Below are positions 12,914-27,206 of a DNA stretch of 64,000 nucleotides, in pieces. Origin of the DNA: Tubulanus polymorphus. Lineage: Eukaryota; Animalia; Nemertea. Both the position numbers and the translations under genes were made by a program. The stretch spans positions 124,001 to 188,000 of the forward strand of contig NC_134034.1 of NCBI RefSeq assembly GCF_964204645.1, in the 5' to 3' direction. Numbering within the stretch: the first letter of the stretch is position 1; every line of letters starts with the position of its first letter. The notes under the pieces were generated by a model. It was not told the origin of the DNA. It saw only the letters and a program-made list of their open reading frames with translations, and did no database searches.

Positions 12914-15900
12914 TATTACCCGTTCGGGTTCAGCATTCAATGCGTGAAAACAAACGTTATAATTGAATAACGACACGACGAGTCTAACCTTCCGGAACAA
13001 TACACTACCCGTTTCCCCCTATGACATCATCGAATACCGATTTGACTCATAGCTGGCCCATTACGTCATCAGGACGCAAATCGAATCATATTTTGTCCTA
13101 TTTACACCATAGAAAAAAAACTGCAACTAATTTAACATGAACTAACTGAAAGTAGCGCCACGTGAAGTGTGTTTGTTTATTTGTAGACGTGGTTATGTCG
13201 CGGTGTATTCACATTGTATTACTACTCCATAGCTGCTAACATGTTCTGGATGTTTGTCGAGGGATTATTTCTGCATACTCGAGTCGCCGTTTCGGTGTTT
13301 AATTCGGAAATACCGTTTTTCGTGTTTTATATTATAGGATGGGGTAAGTGTGATTCTCACTGTTTACGACAAATATGAATTCAATAAATTCATCAAATTG
13401 CTGCAAACTACTCCAAAATATTAAGATAAACTGGGGGTGTATGAGGGGTGAGTGGTGAGTGGGAGAAGAGAACATCAACAGGGAGAAAACAATTGACAAA
13501 TCGGGTGGTTCCCTTTACTGCGAGCAAAAAATTGATATTTCCATCGATTTTAGAAAAACCTATGATAACAAAAACAACACGGTATACCTCAAGGGGCAAT
13601 CCTTAGCCCCCATCTGTTTAATTATAAGTACGTTCGGCAATTTTAAAACTGCAAATATTCAAATCTATACCGCAGAAACGCTCGGGTTTTGTGTTGGATT
13701 TGTGTGCGCCCTAATTTACAAATGTTCAATAGATGTCTCTGTGTGTATATTTTACAGGTTTACCAGGAGTAGTAACGATCTGCTGGGCAGTTGTAACCCA
13801 TTTCACATCCAATAAACCATGTTGGGAAGAGAGCACAAAAAGTCCTTTCTTTCTTATCATCGTTGTGCCTATTGGTGTTGTCTTAGCGGTAAGTTCACGG
13901 CAAGCCTCGCCTCTAAAGTCCATATAATAGGCATAAGGATGCACCCTTTTTGTATATATTTGCATATTAAAATGGAGAATATACATGTCCATCCACGCGC
14001 GCTGTGATTGGTTAATTCCGCCGGATACACACTGTGATTGGCTAGGCAGTTCGTAGTACTAACCAATCATATCCTTTTGATTCACTAGTAATTGCTTTAA
14101 GGTCATTTATCCACAACCCGATTGGTTCGGCTATATAAGCGCTATGATTGGCTCGTTTACTGCCAATCAGATTTTGTAATGACCATATATGGCGTCTGTA
14201 TGCGGCTTCGAGTTTTAAATTGGTCGATTGTTGTTAGATCTGTAGTAACAGGAGAAATAGACTAACATCCAAACCAGCAGACAACCTAGTGATGAACCAG
14301 TTAATACACAACAGAATATCACTACACCTGGTTCTGAAAATATATATACAACAAATCATGAACACTTTCAGAAAAACGAGGCTACTTTCACGAATCCAGC
14401 TGTATACAGCATGGCTGCCTCCATTTATATCGAGCGAAATTACCTACCAATGATTGGATCCTTCGTGACAAAATGTCCGCCCCATCTCCCCCTATGACAT
14501 CATCAAATTCGTTAGTATCCCCCGCCCTTCAAAGAAAGAAAACCCAATCGACTCGGTATAGCAGTTTCAACAGCCATTTTGAATTGCCTACAGACATGCA
14601 GCTTTTTGGAACGTGCAGCCTTAGATATTTCCCATCAGTATCCTAGCCAGTAAAAACCCATTGAGACGATTCACAATACGTACCGACATCCATAGCTTTT
14701 AGAGTTTATCTGTAAAGGGTTGAAATTGATTTAAAGTGACAGCTGGATACAAACACAAACAGACGTGAATTGAATTGACTGTTGTGTGTCCAATGTTTAT
14801 CTTCAACTGACCATCAACCGAGTCGATATCCTAAAGATATTGTAGACATCTGTTACTGGTCACTCGCATTAAATCATTAATTGTTTTATCTTCATTATTC
14901 TTGTTCTCATTGTTTTATTTCTATTCGTTTCAGGTTAATTGTATTTTTATGTTTAATATCATTCGAATATTGATAACAAAACTACGAGCAAGTAACACAT
15001 TCGAGACAGCGCAGGTCAGGTAGGATTAGAAACCTGGATAACATGGCTGCCTTATATAGATCACCCTATGACATCATCGAATTACCGAATGATCCCACAT
15101 CCCTCCAGATAAACATATAACATTATCGAATATCTACTGATTTGATCTACCTCGCAATAAAGATGGCGGCTACCGCACACATGAATCCCGCCGAGACTTC
15201 ATCAGATTGCTTACTAGTGACCCTTCTAATAAAGATGTCTACCTCCACAAATCCCCCTATGACATCAGTTTATTGTTTATATATTTAAGGAAAGCGGCTA
15301 AAGCGATGATTGTTCTGTTCCCGCTGTTGGGAATTACGCAACTATTGATGTTTTTGGGTCCTTCGTCAACGACATCAAACAAGACACTTTATAAAGCGTA
15401 TCTGATATGTAACGCGTTACTCCAACCTTCCCAGGTAACTATATAACCCTAACCCAAATACATCCTAACCATTTATCTGTTTTCGGTCGAATTCAAGTTC
15501 CATTAACTCCAGTTGATTTCATTGTCCACCTCGGGATGAATTCTGAAATGTAGATTCTGTATTCGCAGGGTATATTCGTTGCCTTGATTTACTGCTTCCT
15601 AAACGCAGAGGTAAGAATTATTCACCCCTTCCCAAAATAAGGGGGACCTTCCAACACCCCTTCCCCAACTAAGAGGACCGTCCCATATCTCGCCTGTGAT
15701 ACCTATGAAGGTATCGAAAATTAATATTTTAGTATCAAATTCTTTTATTCTCTAAACTTAAACTACTAAAATTCCAATGGCCACTATTCGTCAAAGATCC
15801 TTGTAGCAGGTTATTCGAAGAAAACGACCTCATTGGTTGATAATAAAACTCTATAAACGGTAGTTTGTTGTTAATTCAGGTAAAAGCAGCTGTGAACAGA

Positions 15901-16317
15901 TGGTGGCAAAGACATCGTTTACGTCAGTTGGGAGGAACGAGGAATCGCCGGCGCAGTTCCAGAACGTCTTCTTTATTCCTGTCACAAACCGAGGTATTGT
16001 TTATGGTGGCTATTCGTCGCAATGTGTTTAAACGCCGTCAGTCAGACTTATCGGCAGATGGCGCTAGTATCAGCGCTATAAGCGAGGCCACAGTTGAGGC
16101 CCCCGCGGCGGTCGCTAGAGGCGCTGCGCAACAGACGACCGAGACTACCGTCTGTAATACCACCGACCTGCATGATATTCCAGAAGAGCCATGCTCACCG
16201 ATGATTACAACGCCCCCTATCAGCCGCGGCCATAACAAAGAGGTCGCTAAGACCGCCGAGACTAAACATATAATTAGCTCACCGATGACGTCACTGGTTG
16301 AGGCGACTGATGTTTAA
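8495..16317 (+). CDS. Class B1 (secretin-family) GPCR, corticotropin-releasing factor / DH44 receptor-like; 5'-partial (signal peptide exon(s) not identified)
   Basis: GT-AG exons 8495-8611, 10600-10691, 10778-10905, 11496-11619, 13187-13343, 13758-13888, 14934-15019, 15290-15434, 15569-15610, 15880-16317 join in frame (~486 aa). Hormone-binding domain CNQTWDEFMCWP...CP...C..DGRW....WTNYTDC; TM motifs [72 protein letters not shown] (42-nt TM7 exon typical of class B). Confidence 0.93.
9010..9230. repeat. 60-bp tandem repeat in GPCR intron
   Basis: agtgacccctggtgagtagaacagacactacgattcttagcgaactgccctctcagctgg x ~3.7. Confidence 0.9.
10035..10405. repeat. CT-rich minisatellite (ccattcctcactcactctctcctccaa[c/t])
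   Basis: ~14 variant copies; source of ORF 9950-10558. Confidence 0.9.
11100..11441. repeat. 20-bp minisatellite (gaggaggtgaagggcccaga), ~17 copies
   Basis: Near-perfect array in GPCR intron. Confidence 0.95.
12077..12330. repeat. Direct duplication of a ~115-bp GA-rich block
   Basis: taatccacagcgagacgagcgg...tctcagtcagcattagatgagattctctgattgttggt occurs twice. Confidence 0.85.
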
Positions 16318-16567
16318 AGTCTACCTGGGTCTCATTGGTCCAACTGGGGAATTCTACCGTGCCCCCTATCGTCAGATTCAGAAACTAACCGGTGTTTGGG
16401 CTGTGATGAGCTTTGCTTCTCCTCTCGTGGTTCAGTGGTTCAGTGGTTATATATATATATATACATACTGTATAAACAGCCCGCTGTACATATTATATAG
16501 TGTATTATCATATTTATTGTACGTTAGAAAATATAATATTGCATGTTATGGGTTGCGTTTCATAAAG

Positions 16568-16626
16568 CAGCAACAGCAGCAGCAACAGCAGCAGCAACAG
16601 CAGCAGCAGCACCAGCAGCAGCAGCA
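16568..16626. repeat. (CAG/CAA)n microsatellite downstream of the GPCR stop codon
   Basis: Direct observation. Confidence 0.9.
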
Positions 16627-17856
16627 CCATCGAAAATGTCTCTGACAGAAGATGTTTAAAGCAATATGATATAGATGCTGTTGTCTGCTCTGTAGAACCG
16701 CTTTATAAAACGCGCCTCCTGGTAGTAGGTCCCAATTCGTGGTACTATATTTGCACTTTCCTTCCTATAGGTGGCAGTAATGTGCTTCTATAATGATATT
16801 TATATCTGTAGATTCGACTGTATTAGAAACACGTCGATTTTTTGTTATATCGTGGAGAATTATCTCAACGTGATTATGTTATTTATGATTGGACTTTATT
16901 TGAATAAATAATCTATTTACCTCATTAGCATATTCATAATTAGATGGTATATTAACCAATCGGCAACCCAGTTCCACAGTTGTCAGTTATTATGATTCAA
17001 GGTGATTGATAATTGATAAGACTTGAACTGGTGGAATTGGGGACTATCTGTGGAGTGTGAGGTGGCGCAGAAATGAAAAAGCTGACGTCTTGTATATTTG
17101 CAGCAGAGCTTTGCATTCACTCGGCATTTCTCGGAACTTTTTCGTGTATTTCCGGATGTTTCCGGTCGCAAACTACACGGAGGATTCCGAGGAGAGTTGA
17201 ATGGATGACGTCACCATCTTAATTATATGCAAATCATATGCAAACGAGCGATGATATCAATTTGACGTCATTTTCGTGGTATGAGTGATTGGATGTAACC
17301 TGAACCAGCGTGCAGAGGAACGGGAAATGTACACAAGATGTACCAGGACGTAGCACACGTGACTACACAACAACTGGTGACGTGCACACGAAACCATTTC
17401 AATATCGAGTCAGGAGAAGGCGATTGATTAGATTCAGAGTTGTAGCAGTAGTAAGGATTATATCTGCACTATTTATTCGGTTCCTGAAGCTTCTTGAATT
17501 TTGCTGCGTTTTTGACCGTTTCTGTTTCTCTTATAACAATAACACCTTTATTAGATAGTAGCGCCATCTTTAGGCATGTTAGTAAAGCACTGACACTTTA
17601 ATGCACGTGCACACACATAGAGGGCGTGGTTGGGAAAAAAACCATAATCTAAGCGTTTCTTCGGCCGAGTTATCACGTGATGCATGAAATTCAATTCAAA
17701 TGCTTTAATATTGCTTTTGTATGGTGACAGTTTTTCGTACTAACCCCTTCGCCCTCTGCTTATCACCCCAGCTCCCCCCCCCAACTCACCCCCCTCAACT
17801 CACCCCCCCTCAACTAACCCCCACCCGTCATGTCGTCATTTGCTTTAGCCCTGACA

Positions 17857-18918
17857 GTGACCTCTATGCGATCAGTGAGTGACCACTATGTGATCAGTGA
17901 GTGACCTCTATGCGATCAGTGAGTGACCACTATGTGATCAGTGAGTGACCTCTATGCGATCAGTGAGTGACCACTATGCGATCAGTGAGTGACCTCTATG
18001 CGATCAGTGAGTGACCTCTATGCGATCAGTGAGTGACCACTATGCGATCAGTGAGTGACCACTATGCGATCAGTGAGTGACCTCTATGCGATCAGTGAGT
18101 GACCTCTATGCGATCAGTGAGTGACCACTATGCGATCAGTGAGTGACCTCTATGCGATCAGTGAGTGACCTCTATGTGATCAGTGAGTGACCTCTATGCG
18201 ATCAGTGAGTGACCTCTATGTGATCAGTGAGTGACCTCTATGTGATCAGTGAGTGACCACTATGCGATCAGTGAGTGACCTCTATGCGATCAGTGAGTGA
18301 CCTCTATGCGATCAGTGAGTGACCTCTATGCGATCAGTGAGTGACCACTATGCGATCAGTGAGTGACCTCTATGCGATCAGTGAGTGACCTCTATGCGAT
18401 CAGTGAGTGACCTCTATGTGATCAGTGAGTTACCACTATGTGATCAGTGAGTGACCTCTATGTGATCAGTGAGTGACCACTATGCGATCAGTGAGTGACC
18501 TCTATGTGATCAGTGAGTGACCACTATGCGATCAGTGAGTGACCATTATGCGATCAGTGAGTGACCTCTATGCGATCAGTGAGTGACCACAATGTGATCA
18601 GTGAGTGACCACTATGTGATCAGTGAGTGACCTCTATGCGATCAGTGAGTGACCACTATGCGATCAGTGAGTGACCTCTATGCGATCAGTGAGTGACCAC
18701 TATGTGATCAGTGAGTGACCTCTATGCGATCAGTGAGTGACCTCTATGCGATCAGTGAGTGACCACTATGTGATCAGTGAGTGACCTCTATGCGATCAGT
18801 GAGTGACCTCTATGCGATCAGTGAGTGACCACTATGTGATCAGTGAGTGACCTCTATGCGATCAGTGAGTGACCTCTATGCGATCAGTGAGTGACCACTA
18901 TGTGATCAGTGAGTGACC
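17857..18918. repeat. 22-bp minisatellite, ~48 copies
   Basis: Unit gtgagtgacc(t/a)ctatg(c/t)gatca. Confidence 0.97.
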
Positions 18919-20933
18919 GCACTGACGGTAATGTTGCACTAGATTACAAATTGAGTCCAATATTTAACTCGTGATTTACAGACTAGTGTGAAGTGTGTTT
19001 TAATTGGGATTCGAACCCCATTCGCGTTAAATGAAGTCTAAATAGCGTCACAAATGTGGTATTCGAACCTGACGTCATTATGCTTCGGCTGGTGACGCCA
19101 TCGGGTTCGAATCCCGAATATGCGACGCACCGATATTAAAATCGCATGATTTATTTATTAAATGTTAATGTTTTATTTAACGATGCTGTCCATCACCGCC
19201 GCTTATGCCGCTTCCTGTTTTTCGTTTCAGAACCAAAACGGTCCGTTGGTATGCGCGTACCCTAACGTCACTTCCCCGCCACGTATAACAATTACTACTT
19301 GTTAACTCGCTCGCTACGTGTTGTCATAGTAACCGACTATATTTACGTAAGTTCACACACACACATAGTAGACGCATGCGCATTGGCTGACCACGTGTTC
19401 TCTGGTATCATTCATAAAGCGGTTAATATTGAATATGGTTGAAATTCACCTAAATAAACTTCTTTATGAACGGTACCAACATATTTGTTTATATTCCCCT
19501 TATGACATCATCGATATCGTGTATACGCTACAATAGCTACATCCATGCTTGACGTCATATGAGGCTTTGATTGAATTGCATTTAATTCAACCCTTAGCTG
19601 ATAGTATCGATTTGCGCTGAAATTAGTCAATAATTCAGTTGAAGGCGCGACTTCTGGGATTTCGAGTCTAAAAGTTTAAAAACTATGTGTAATATTATGA
19701 ATTGTAGAAGATGCAAGCAGCGCACAATAACGGGACATCATCGTCTGCTGGTCTGAGATTGATTCGTTGTAACGGTATCGTCACCAGGAACAACGGTGTC
19801 AAACATATAGACATCTCGTGGACTCAGAACACTGACACATCCGGGGATTCATCGAGTAGGCGCCTGGAAACTACGAACTGAGGAATGCGTGAATCGTGGA
19901 TCGGGTGCCTGCAAACTACGGAATTTCAAAACTTAACGTTCAAAGTGTTCAAACTGTAATAGATACAGAAGTGAAGTTACTAAACTTCGTTGAAAACATT
20001 CTGCTAAGCCAGACCCGTGCACCCTCTATTGGGCGGCTGATGAACTCGAAAAACGTAAGAAAAAAATGTGTTTCGTTTTTTTGTGCCAAATATCAGACGA
20101 AAATCTTCAAGTTCGCGATATACTGTGTCCTGATTGGCTGAGGCCGGTCAAGGTTACGAAATAGGACGCGCTGATTGGCTGATAATGGTGCAACGGTCAA
20201 GGATACGAAATAGTCTCTAGCGACATTTGAAACAAGTAACAATAACAGTTAACTTTTTAAAGGTTACGATCAATATATAAAACATGCCATGTACAGAATG
20301 GAAACTACACCAATCATCTGCCTTTAAAAACAGTGTCATCTAAATTCAGGTCACTATATTAACATATTCCAATTAGAAATAGTGTGTAATTTAGGCCCAG
20401 GAACAGCGGACTCTAGACCCAAGAACCACAGGTGATAGGTGCCCCGGGAACCACGCCCTAGGCCCCGGGGCAACAGGTTACAGGTTCTGGGTTCAATGAT
20501 GCTATACGGTGGGACCTGGACGACCTAAGACCCTGGAACTACAGGGACGACGCGGGTTCTAGAACTCGACTCACTGACTGCAACCTCTCGGGTCAATGTC
20601 GTTTTATGTGTTAATTATGGCGAATGATTTTCGTTAATTATTCATTGCAAATATTAATTATTTAAATGATATGTAAATATGTAAATTTGTATCCTGTTTA
20701 AACTATTTAATGTGCGAATAAAACCTGTTGGTATATTATTGATTTTGTTTTCGGTAATTCATCAAGTCGACTGTCCCGGGTTTGAACCCATGGATTCTCC
20801 ATCACCTCGATGCAGATAGATGATGAGTGTCGCCATTTATTAGAATTTTTCTGAGCTATCAAATACCAGGATTTGACACTTACCCAATCATACCGAGTGG
20901 TTTACGTGATGACTGCGGGGTACACGGGTCGGG

Positions 20934-22201
20934 CCTGTATTTTGTTTCAATTATTTCATATTCTACTGAGGAGATTTTGGAGACAGTGATGAATCGAGCT
21001 TGCTGAATCTTCAGGACAATATGTAGCCAGAAAATATCAATCTTTAGACCTATCTGTTGTTTATCAGTTACCTTCGCCTAACCAGTCCACATGATCGCCA
21101 TCTATTGGAATTTTCCTGAACTATCAGATTTCTGAATTTGACACTACCAAAGATTTGTATACGAACGAAATTTCTCATGCGCCATCTACTGACAACATAG
21201 TGAATGTCGTCAATGTGTCTGTATCGGTCCTATCGGAACTGTATCAATCCTATTGGATCTGTATCGGTCCAATTGGACCTGTATCGGTCCAATTGGATCT
21301 GTATCGGTCCAATTGGATCTGTATCGGTCCAATTGGATCTGTATCTGTCCAATTGGATCCGTATTGGGCCTATTGGGTCAGTATCGGTCCTATTGGATCT
21401 GTATCAATCCAATTGGATCTGTATCAATCCTATTGGACCTGTATCGGTCCAATTGGATCTGTATCGGTCCAATTGGATCTGTATCAATCCAATTGGATCG
21501 GTATCGGTCCAATTGGATCTGTATCGGTCCAATTGGATCGGTATCGGTCCTATTGGATCTGTATCGGTCCTATTGGATCTGTATCGGTCCTATTGGGTCT
21601 GTATCGGTCCTATTGGATCCGTATTGGGCCTATTGGATCTGTATCTGTCTAATTGGACCTGTATCAATCCTATCGGAACTGTATCGGTCCAATTGGATCT
21701 GTATCGGTCCTATTGGACCTGTATCGGTCCTATCGGAACTGTATCAGTCCTATTGGATCTGTATCAATCCAATTGGACCTGTATCGGTCTAATTGGATCT
21801 GTATCGGTCCAATTGGATCTGTAACAATCCCATTGGATCTGATTACGTGAACATCACGTGAACCACTCGGTATTAACGGGTTCGAACCCGTTGATACCGA
21901 GTGATTCACGTGATGTCTGCGAAATACACGGGTCGGGTGTCCCGGGTTCGAACCGCATGATACCGAGTGGTTCAGATGACGACATTCACTCTGTTGTCAG
22001 TAGATGGCGCATGAGAAATATCGTTGATACACAAATCTTTGGTCGGGTCAAATTCAGAAATCTGATAGTTCAGCAAAATTCCAATAGATGGCGACCATGT
22101 GGTTTGTTAATTGAAGGTAACCGATTAACAATAGGCTCGATTTCATCACTGTCTCCAAAATCTGCTCAGCTAAAGAAGAAATAATTGAGACAATAAACAG
22201 G
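20934..22201. mobile_element. Foldback-like structure: ~225-280-bp imperfect inverted arms enclosing a satellite array and a palindrome
   Basis: 20934-21212 is the reverse complement of 21977-22201 (shared blocks gattttggagacagtgatgaa, gccatctattggaatttt.ctgaactatcagatttctgaatttgac, tttctcatgcgccatctactgacaaca). Confidence 0.75.
21218..21840 (+). repeat. 20-bp satellite array A (gtatcggtccaattggatct)
   Basis: ~31 copies; inverted relative to array B. Confidence 0.97.
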
Positions 22202-22349
22202 ATTTTACTTGATACATATATATTTTATTTATTTATCTTATTTAACAAAATGAAAAAAATGTTAATACATTATAATATTGATTTTAATGTTACTAGTTAT
22301 ACTGAACCTTGTCCAGGGAAGTGTAGAAACTATATGGTGCCATAAAAAT

Positions 22350-25300
22350 GATACAGATCCAACAGGACCGATACATATCAGATAGGACCGATACAGATCC
22401 AATAGGATTGATACAGATCCGATAGGACCGATACAGGTCCAATTAGACAGATACAGATCCAATTGGACCGATACAGATCCAATTGGACAGATACAGATTC
22501 AATTGGACCGTTACAGATCCAATAGGACCGATACAGATCCAATTGGACAGATACAAACCCAATAGGACCGATACAGATCCAATAGGACCGATACAGATCC
22601 AATTGGACAGATACAGATTCAATTGGACAGATACAGGTCCAATTGGACCGATACAGGTCCAATAGGATTAATACAGATCCAATAGGATTGATACAAACCC
22701 AATAGGCCCAATACAGGTCCAATAGGCCCGATACAGGTCCAATAGGCCCAATACAGATCCAATAGGATTAATACAAACCCAATAGGATTGATACAAACCC
22801 AAAAGGCCCAATACAGATCCAATAGGACCGATACAGACCCAATAGGCCCAATACAGATCCAATAGGACCGATATAGATCCAATAGGCCCAATACAGATCC
22901 AATAGGACCGATACAGATCCAATAGGATTAATACAGATCCAATAGGATTGATACAAACCCAATAGGCCCAATACAGATTCAATTGGACCGATACAGACCC
23001 AATAGGACCGATACAGACCCAATAGGATTAATACAAACCCAATAGGATTGATACAAACCCAAAAGGCCCAATACAGATCCAATAGGACCGATACAGACCC
23101 AATAGGCCCAATACAGGTCCAATAGGACCGATACAGGTCCAATAGGACCGATACAGACCCAATAGGACCGATACAGACCCAATAGGATTAATACAAACCC
23201 AATAGGATTGATACAAACCCAAAAGGCCCAATACAGATCCAATAGGACCGATACAGACCCAATAGGCCCAATACAGATCCAATAGGACCGATACAGATCC
23301 AATAGGATTAATACAGATCCAATAGGATTGATACAAACCCAAAAGGCCCAATACAGATCCAATAGGACCGATACAGACCCAATAGGCCCAATACAGATCC
23401 AATAGGACCGATACAGGTCCAATAGGACCGATACAGACCCAATAGGCCCAATACAGATCCAATAGGACCGATACAGATCCAATAGGATTAATACAGATCC
23501 AATAGGATTGATACAGATCCAATTGGACCGATACAGATCCGATAGGACCGTTACAGATCCGTTAGGACCGATACAGACCCAATAGGCCCAATACGGATCC
23601 AATAGGACCGATACAGATCCAATTGGACAGATACAAACCCAATAGGACCGATACAGATCCAATAGGACCGATACAGATCCAATTGGACAGATACAAACCC
23701 AATAGGACCGATACAGATCCAATAGGACCGATACAGATCCAATTGGACAGATACAGATTCAATTGGACAGATACAGGTCCAATTGGACCGATACAGGTCC
23801 AATAGGATTAATACAGATCCAATAGGATTGATACAAACCCAATAGGCCCAATACAGGTCCAATAGGCCCGATACAGGTCCAATAGGCCCAATACAGATCC
23901 AATAGGATTAATACAAACCCAATAGGATTGATACAGATCCAATTGGATTGATACAGATCCAATAGGACCGATACAGACCCAATAGGCCCAATACAGATCC
24001 AATAGGACCGATATAGATCCAATAGGCCCAATACAGATCCAATAGGACCGATACAGATCCAATAGGATTAATACAGATCCAATAGGATTGATACAAACCC
24101 AATAGGCCCAATACAGATTCAATTGGACCGATACAGACCCAATAGGACCGATACAGACCCAATAGGATTAATACAAACCCAATAGGATTGATACAAACCC
24201 AAAAGGCCCAATACAGATCCAATAGGACCGATACAGACCCAATAGGCCCAATACAGGTCCAATAGGACCGATACAGGTCCAATAGGACCGATACAGACCC
24301 AATAGGACCGATACAGACCCAATAGGATTAATACAAACCCAATAGGATTGATACAAACCCAAAAGGCCCAATACAGATCCAATAGGACCGATACAGACCC
24401 AATAGGCCCAATACAGATCCAATAGGACCGATACAGATCCAATAGGATTAATACAGATCCAATAGGATTGATACAAACCCAATAGGCCCAATACAGGTCC
24501 AATAGGCCCGATACAGATCCAATTGGACCTATACAGACCCAATAGGACCGATACAGACCCAATAGGACCGATACAGACCCAATAGGATTAATACAAACCC
24601 AATAGGATTGATACAAACCCAAAAGGCCCAATACAGTTCCAATAGGACCGATACAGACCCAATAGGCCCAATACAGGTCCAATAGGACCGATACAGGTCC
24701 AATAGGACCGATACAGACCCAATAAGCCCAATACAGATCCAATAGGACCGATACAGATCCAATAGGATTAATACAGATCCAATAGGATTGATACAAACCC
24801 AATAGGCCCAATACAGGTCCAATAGGCCCGATACAGATCCAATTGGACCTATACAGACCCAATAGGACCGATACAGACCCAATAGGACCGATACAGACCC
24901 AATAGGATTAATACAAACCCAATAGGATTGATACAAACCCAAAAGGCCCAATACAGTTCCAATTGGACCGATACAGACCCAATAGGCCCAATACAGGTCC
25001 AATAGGACCGATACAGGTCCAATAGGACCGATACAGACCCAATAGGACCGATACAGACCCAATAGGATTAATACAAACCCAATAGGATTGATACAAACCC
25101 AAAAGGCCCAATACAGATCCAATAGGACCGATACAGACCCAATAGGCCCAATACAGATCCAATAGGACCGATACAGATCCAATAGGATTAATACAGATCC
25201 AATAGGATTGATACAAACCCAATAGGCCCAATACAGATCCAATAGGACCGATACAGACCCAATAGGCCCAATACAGATCCAATAGGACCGATACAGATCC

Positions 25301-26120
25301 AATAGGATTAATACAGATCCAATAGGATTGATACAAACCCAATAGGCCCAATACAGATCCAATAGGACCGATACAGACCCAATAGGCCCAATACAGATCC
25401 AATAGGACCGATACAGATCCAATAGGATTAATACAGATCCAATAGGATTGATACAAACCCAATAGGCCCAATACAGATCCAATAGGCCCGATACAGATCC
25501 AATTGGACAGATACAGATCCAATAGGACCGATACAGATCCAATTGGACCGATACAGATCCAATTGCACCGATACAGATCCAATAGGACCGATACAGATCC
25601 AATAGGCCCAATACAGATCCAATAGGACCGATACAGATCCAATAGGACCGATACAGATCCAATAGGACCGATACAGATCCAATTGGACAGATACAGATCC
25701 AATTGGACCGATACAGATCCAATTGGACAGATACAGATTCAATTGGACCGTTACAGATCCGTTAGGACCGATACAGACCCAATAGGCCCGATACAGATCC
25801 AATAGGACCGATACAGATCCAATTGGACCGATACTGATCCAATAGGCCCAATACAGATCCAATAGGACCGATACTGATCCAATAGGCCCAATACAGATCC
25901 AATAGGACCGATACTGATCCAATAGGATTGATACAGTTCCGTTAGGACCGATACAGGTCCAATTGGACCGATACAGGTCCAATAGGACCGATACAGGTCC
26001 AATAGGACCGATACAGATCCAATAGGACCGTTACAGATCCAATAGGACCGATACAGATCCAATAGGACCGATTCAGATCCAATATGACCGATTCAGATCC
26101 AATAGGACCGATACAGGTCC
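22350..26120 (-). repeat. 20-bp satellite array B (atacagatccaataggaccg), ~188 copies, with higher-order structure
   Basis: Reverse complement of array A; near-identical ORFs recur at a 1140-bp offset; 120-bp sub-period around 25200-25450. Confidence 0.97.
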
Positions 26121-26877
26121 CTCTCATATTAAAATTATCAATTTCTGTTCACTTTTGTAGGAAGAACGTTAACACTAAAACACACTTATTTTGGAACTTA
26201 CTTTAGAGGATAATAATCACAAACTAAATTTTCTAAATGCATAAAATACATAGTTTTTCAATCAACTCTTGTTATTTACTCTCCTTTCACTGTGGTTTAC
26301 TGATAACCCTCAGCTTCATTTGCATATTTCTGTCCCTTCACACGTTCATCGTTGGTCACTTTTTCAGCCAATCACAGAGCTTTTTAAATGCGCCCAATCA
26401 TGTTTTTTAAGATAAACATTTGCAAAAGGAGAGTGCAAAAGATGACTGTGACCTCCATGAAGGTCACAGTTTTAATCAATATAAAACCATGCTAAAATGA
26501 TTCGTACCGGTTCCGCTGGTTCCACAGTTGTGAGTTACAAATCAAAGTCAGTTTATTTCCAACCATTTGGTCCGATGGGTCACATTTAAACCCAGAACAG
26601 GTGGAACAGTGTGTACGATCAATTCATTAATTCATTAGATATATCTATAGTTTACCACAGAAATCACTGATTAAACCTTACAATATTCAAATACTACTTT
26701 CTGAGATTCAGCACAAATTTAAATACATTTTATAAACAGCATGAATTTCATTTGTTTTGGCAAAAAAATCATATGATTTACATTACAATAACAGTCGTCT
26801 TGGGGGGGGGGGTCTATCAGGACTCTACAGGCAGCAGTGGGGGCTATAGGGCGAGAATATTAGATGAGAAATGACCT

Positions 26878-27010
26878 ACTCAATCCCCCTCCCTCTTCCC
26901 CTCAATCCCCCTCCCTCTTCCCCTCAATCCCCCTCCCTCTTCCCCTCAATCCCCCTCCCTCTTCCCCTCAGTCCACTCCCTCTTCCCCTCAGTCCCCCTA
27001 CTATCCCCCT
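26878..27010. repeat. 22-bp C-rich tandem repeat
   Basis: ctcaatccccctccctcttccc x ~5-6. Confidence 0.85.
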
Positions 27011-27206
27011 CAACTTATATGGAATATAAAAATCTCTTGATTATTAAAAGCACCATTTTTAAATATACATTATTATCATAATTCCACACAGTAATACATT
27101 TCTAATTAATTACAAATCATTAATTAAGCCTAATTAAAAATCAAATATATTGCATATTGCGAGCTAGGTTGCCCAGTCGGGGCCGATGAACCCAAATGAC
27201 ATGCCC

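Noticed and set aside
16298-16645. PolyQ ORF overlapping the GPCR end
   Set aside because: CAG microsatellite in the presumed 3' UTR.
17857-18918. Regular repeats resembling CRISPR arrays (also 31902-33167)
   Set aside because: No unique spacers; eukaryotic context; no cas genes.
21155-26127. Dozens of long overlapping ORFs (up to 397 aa)
   Set aside because: Translations of a 20-bp satellite cycling through all frames; no protein features.
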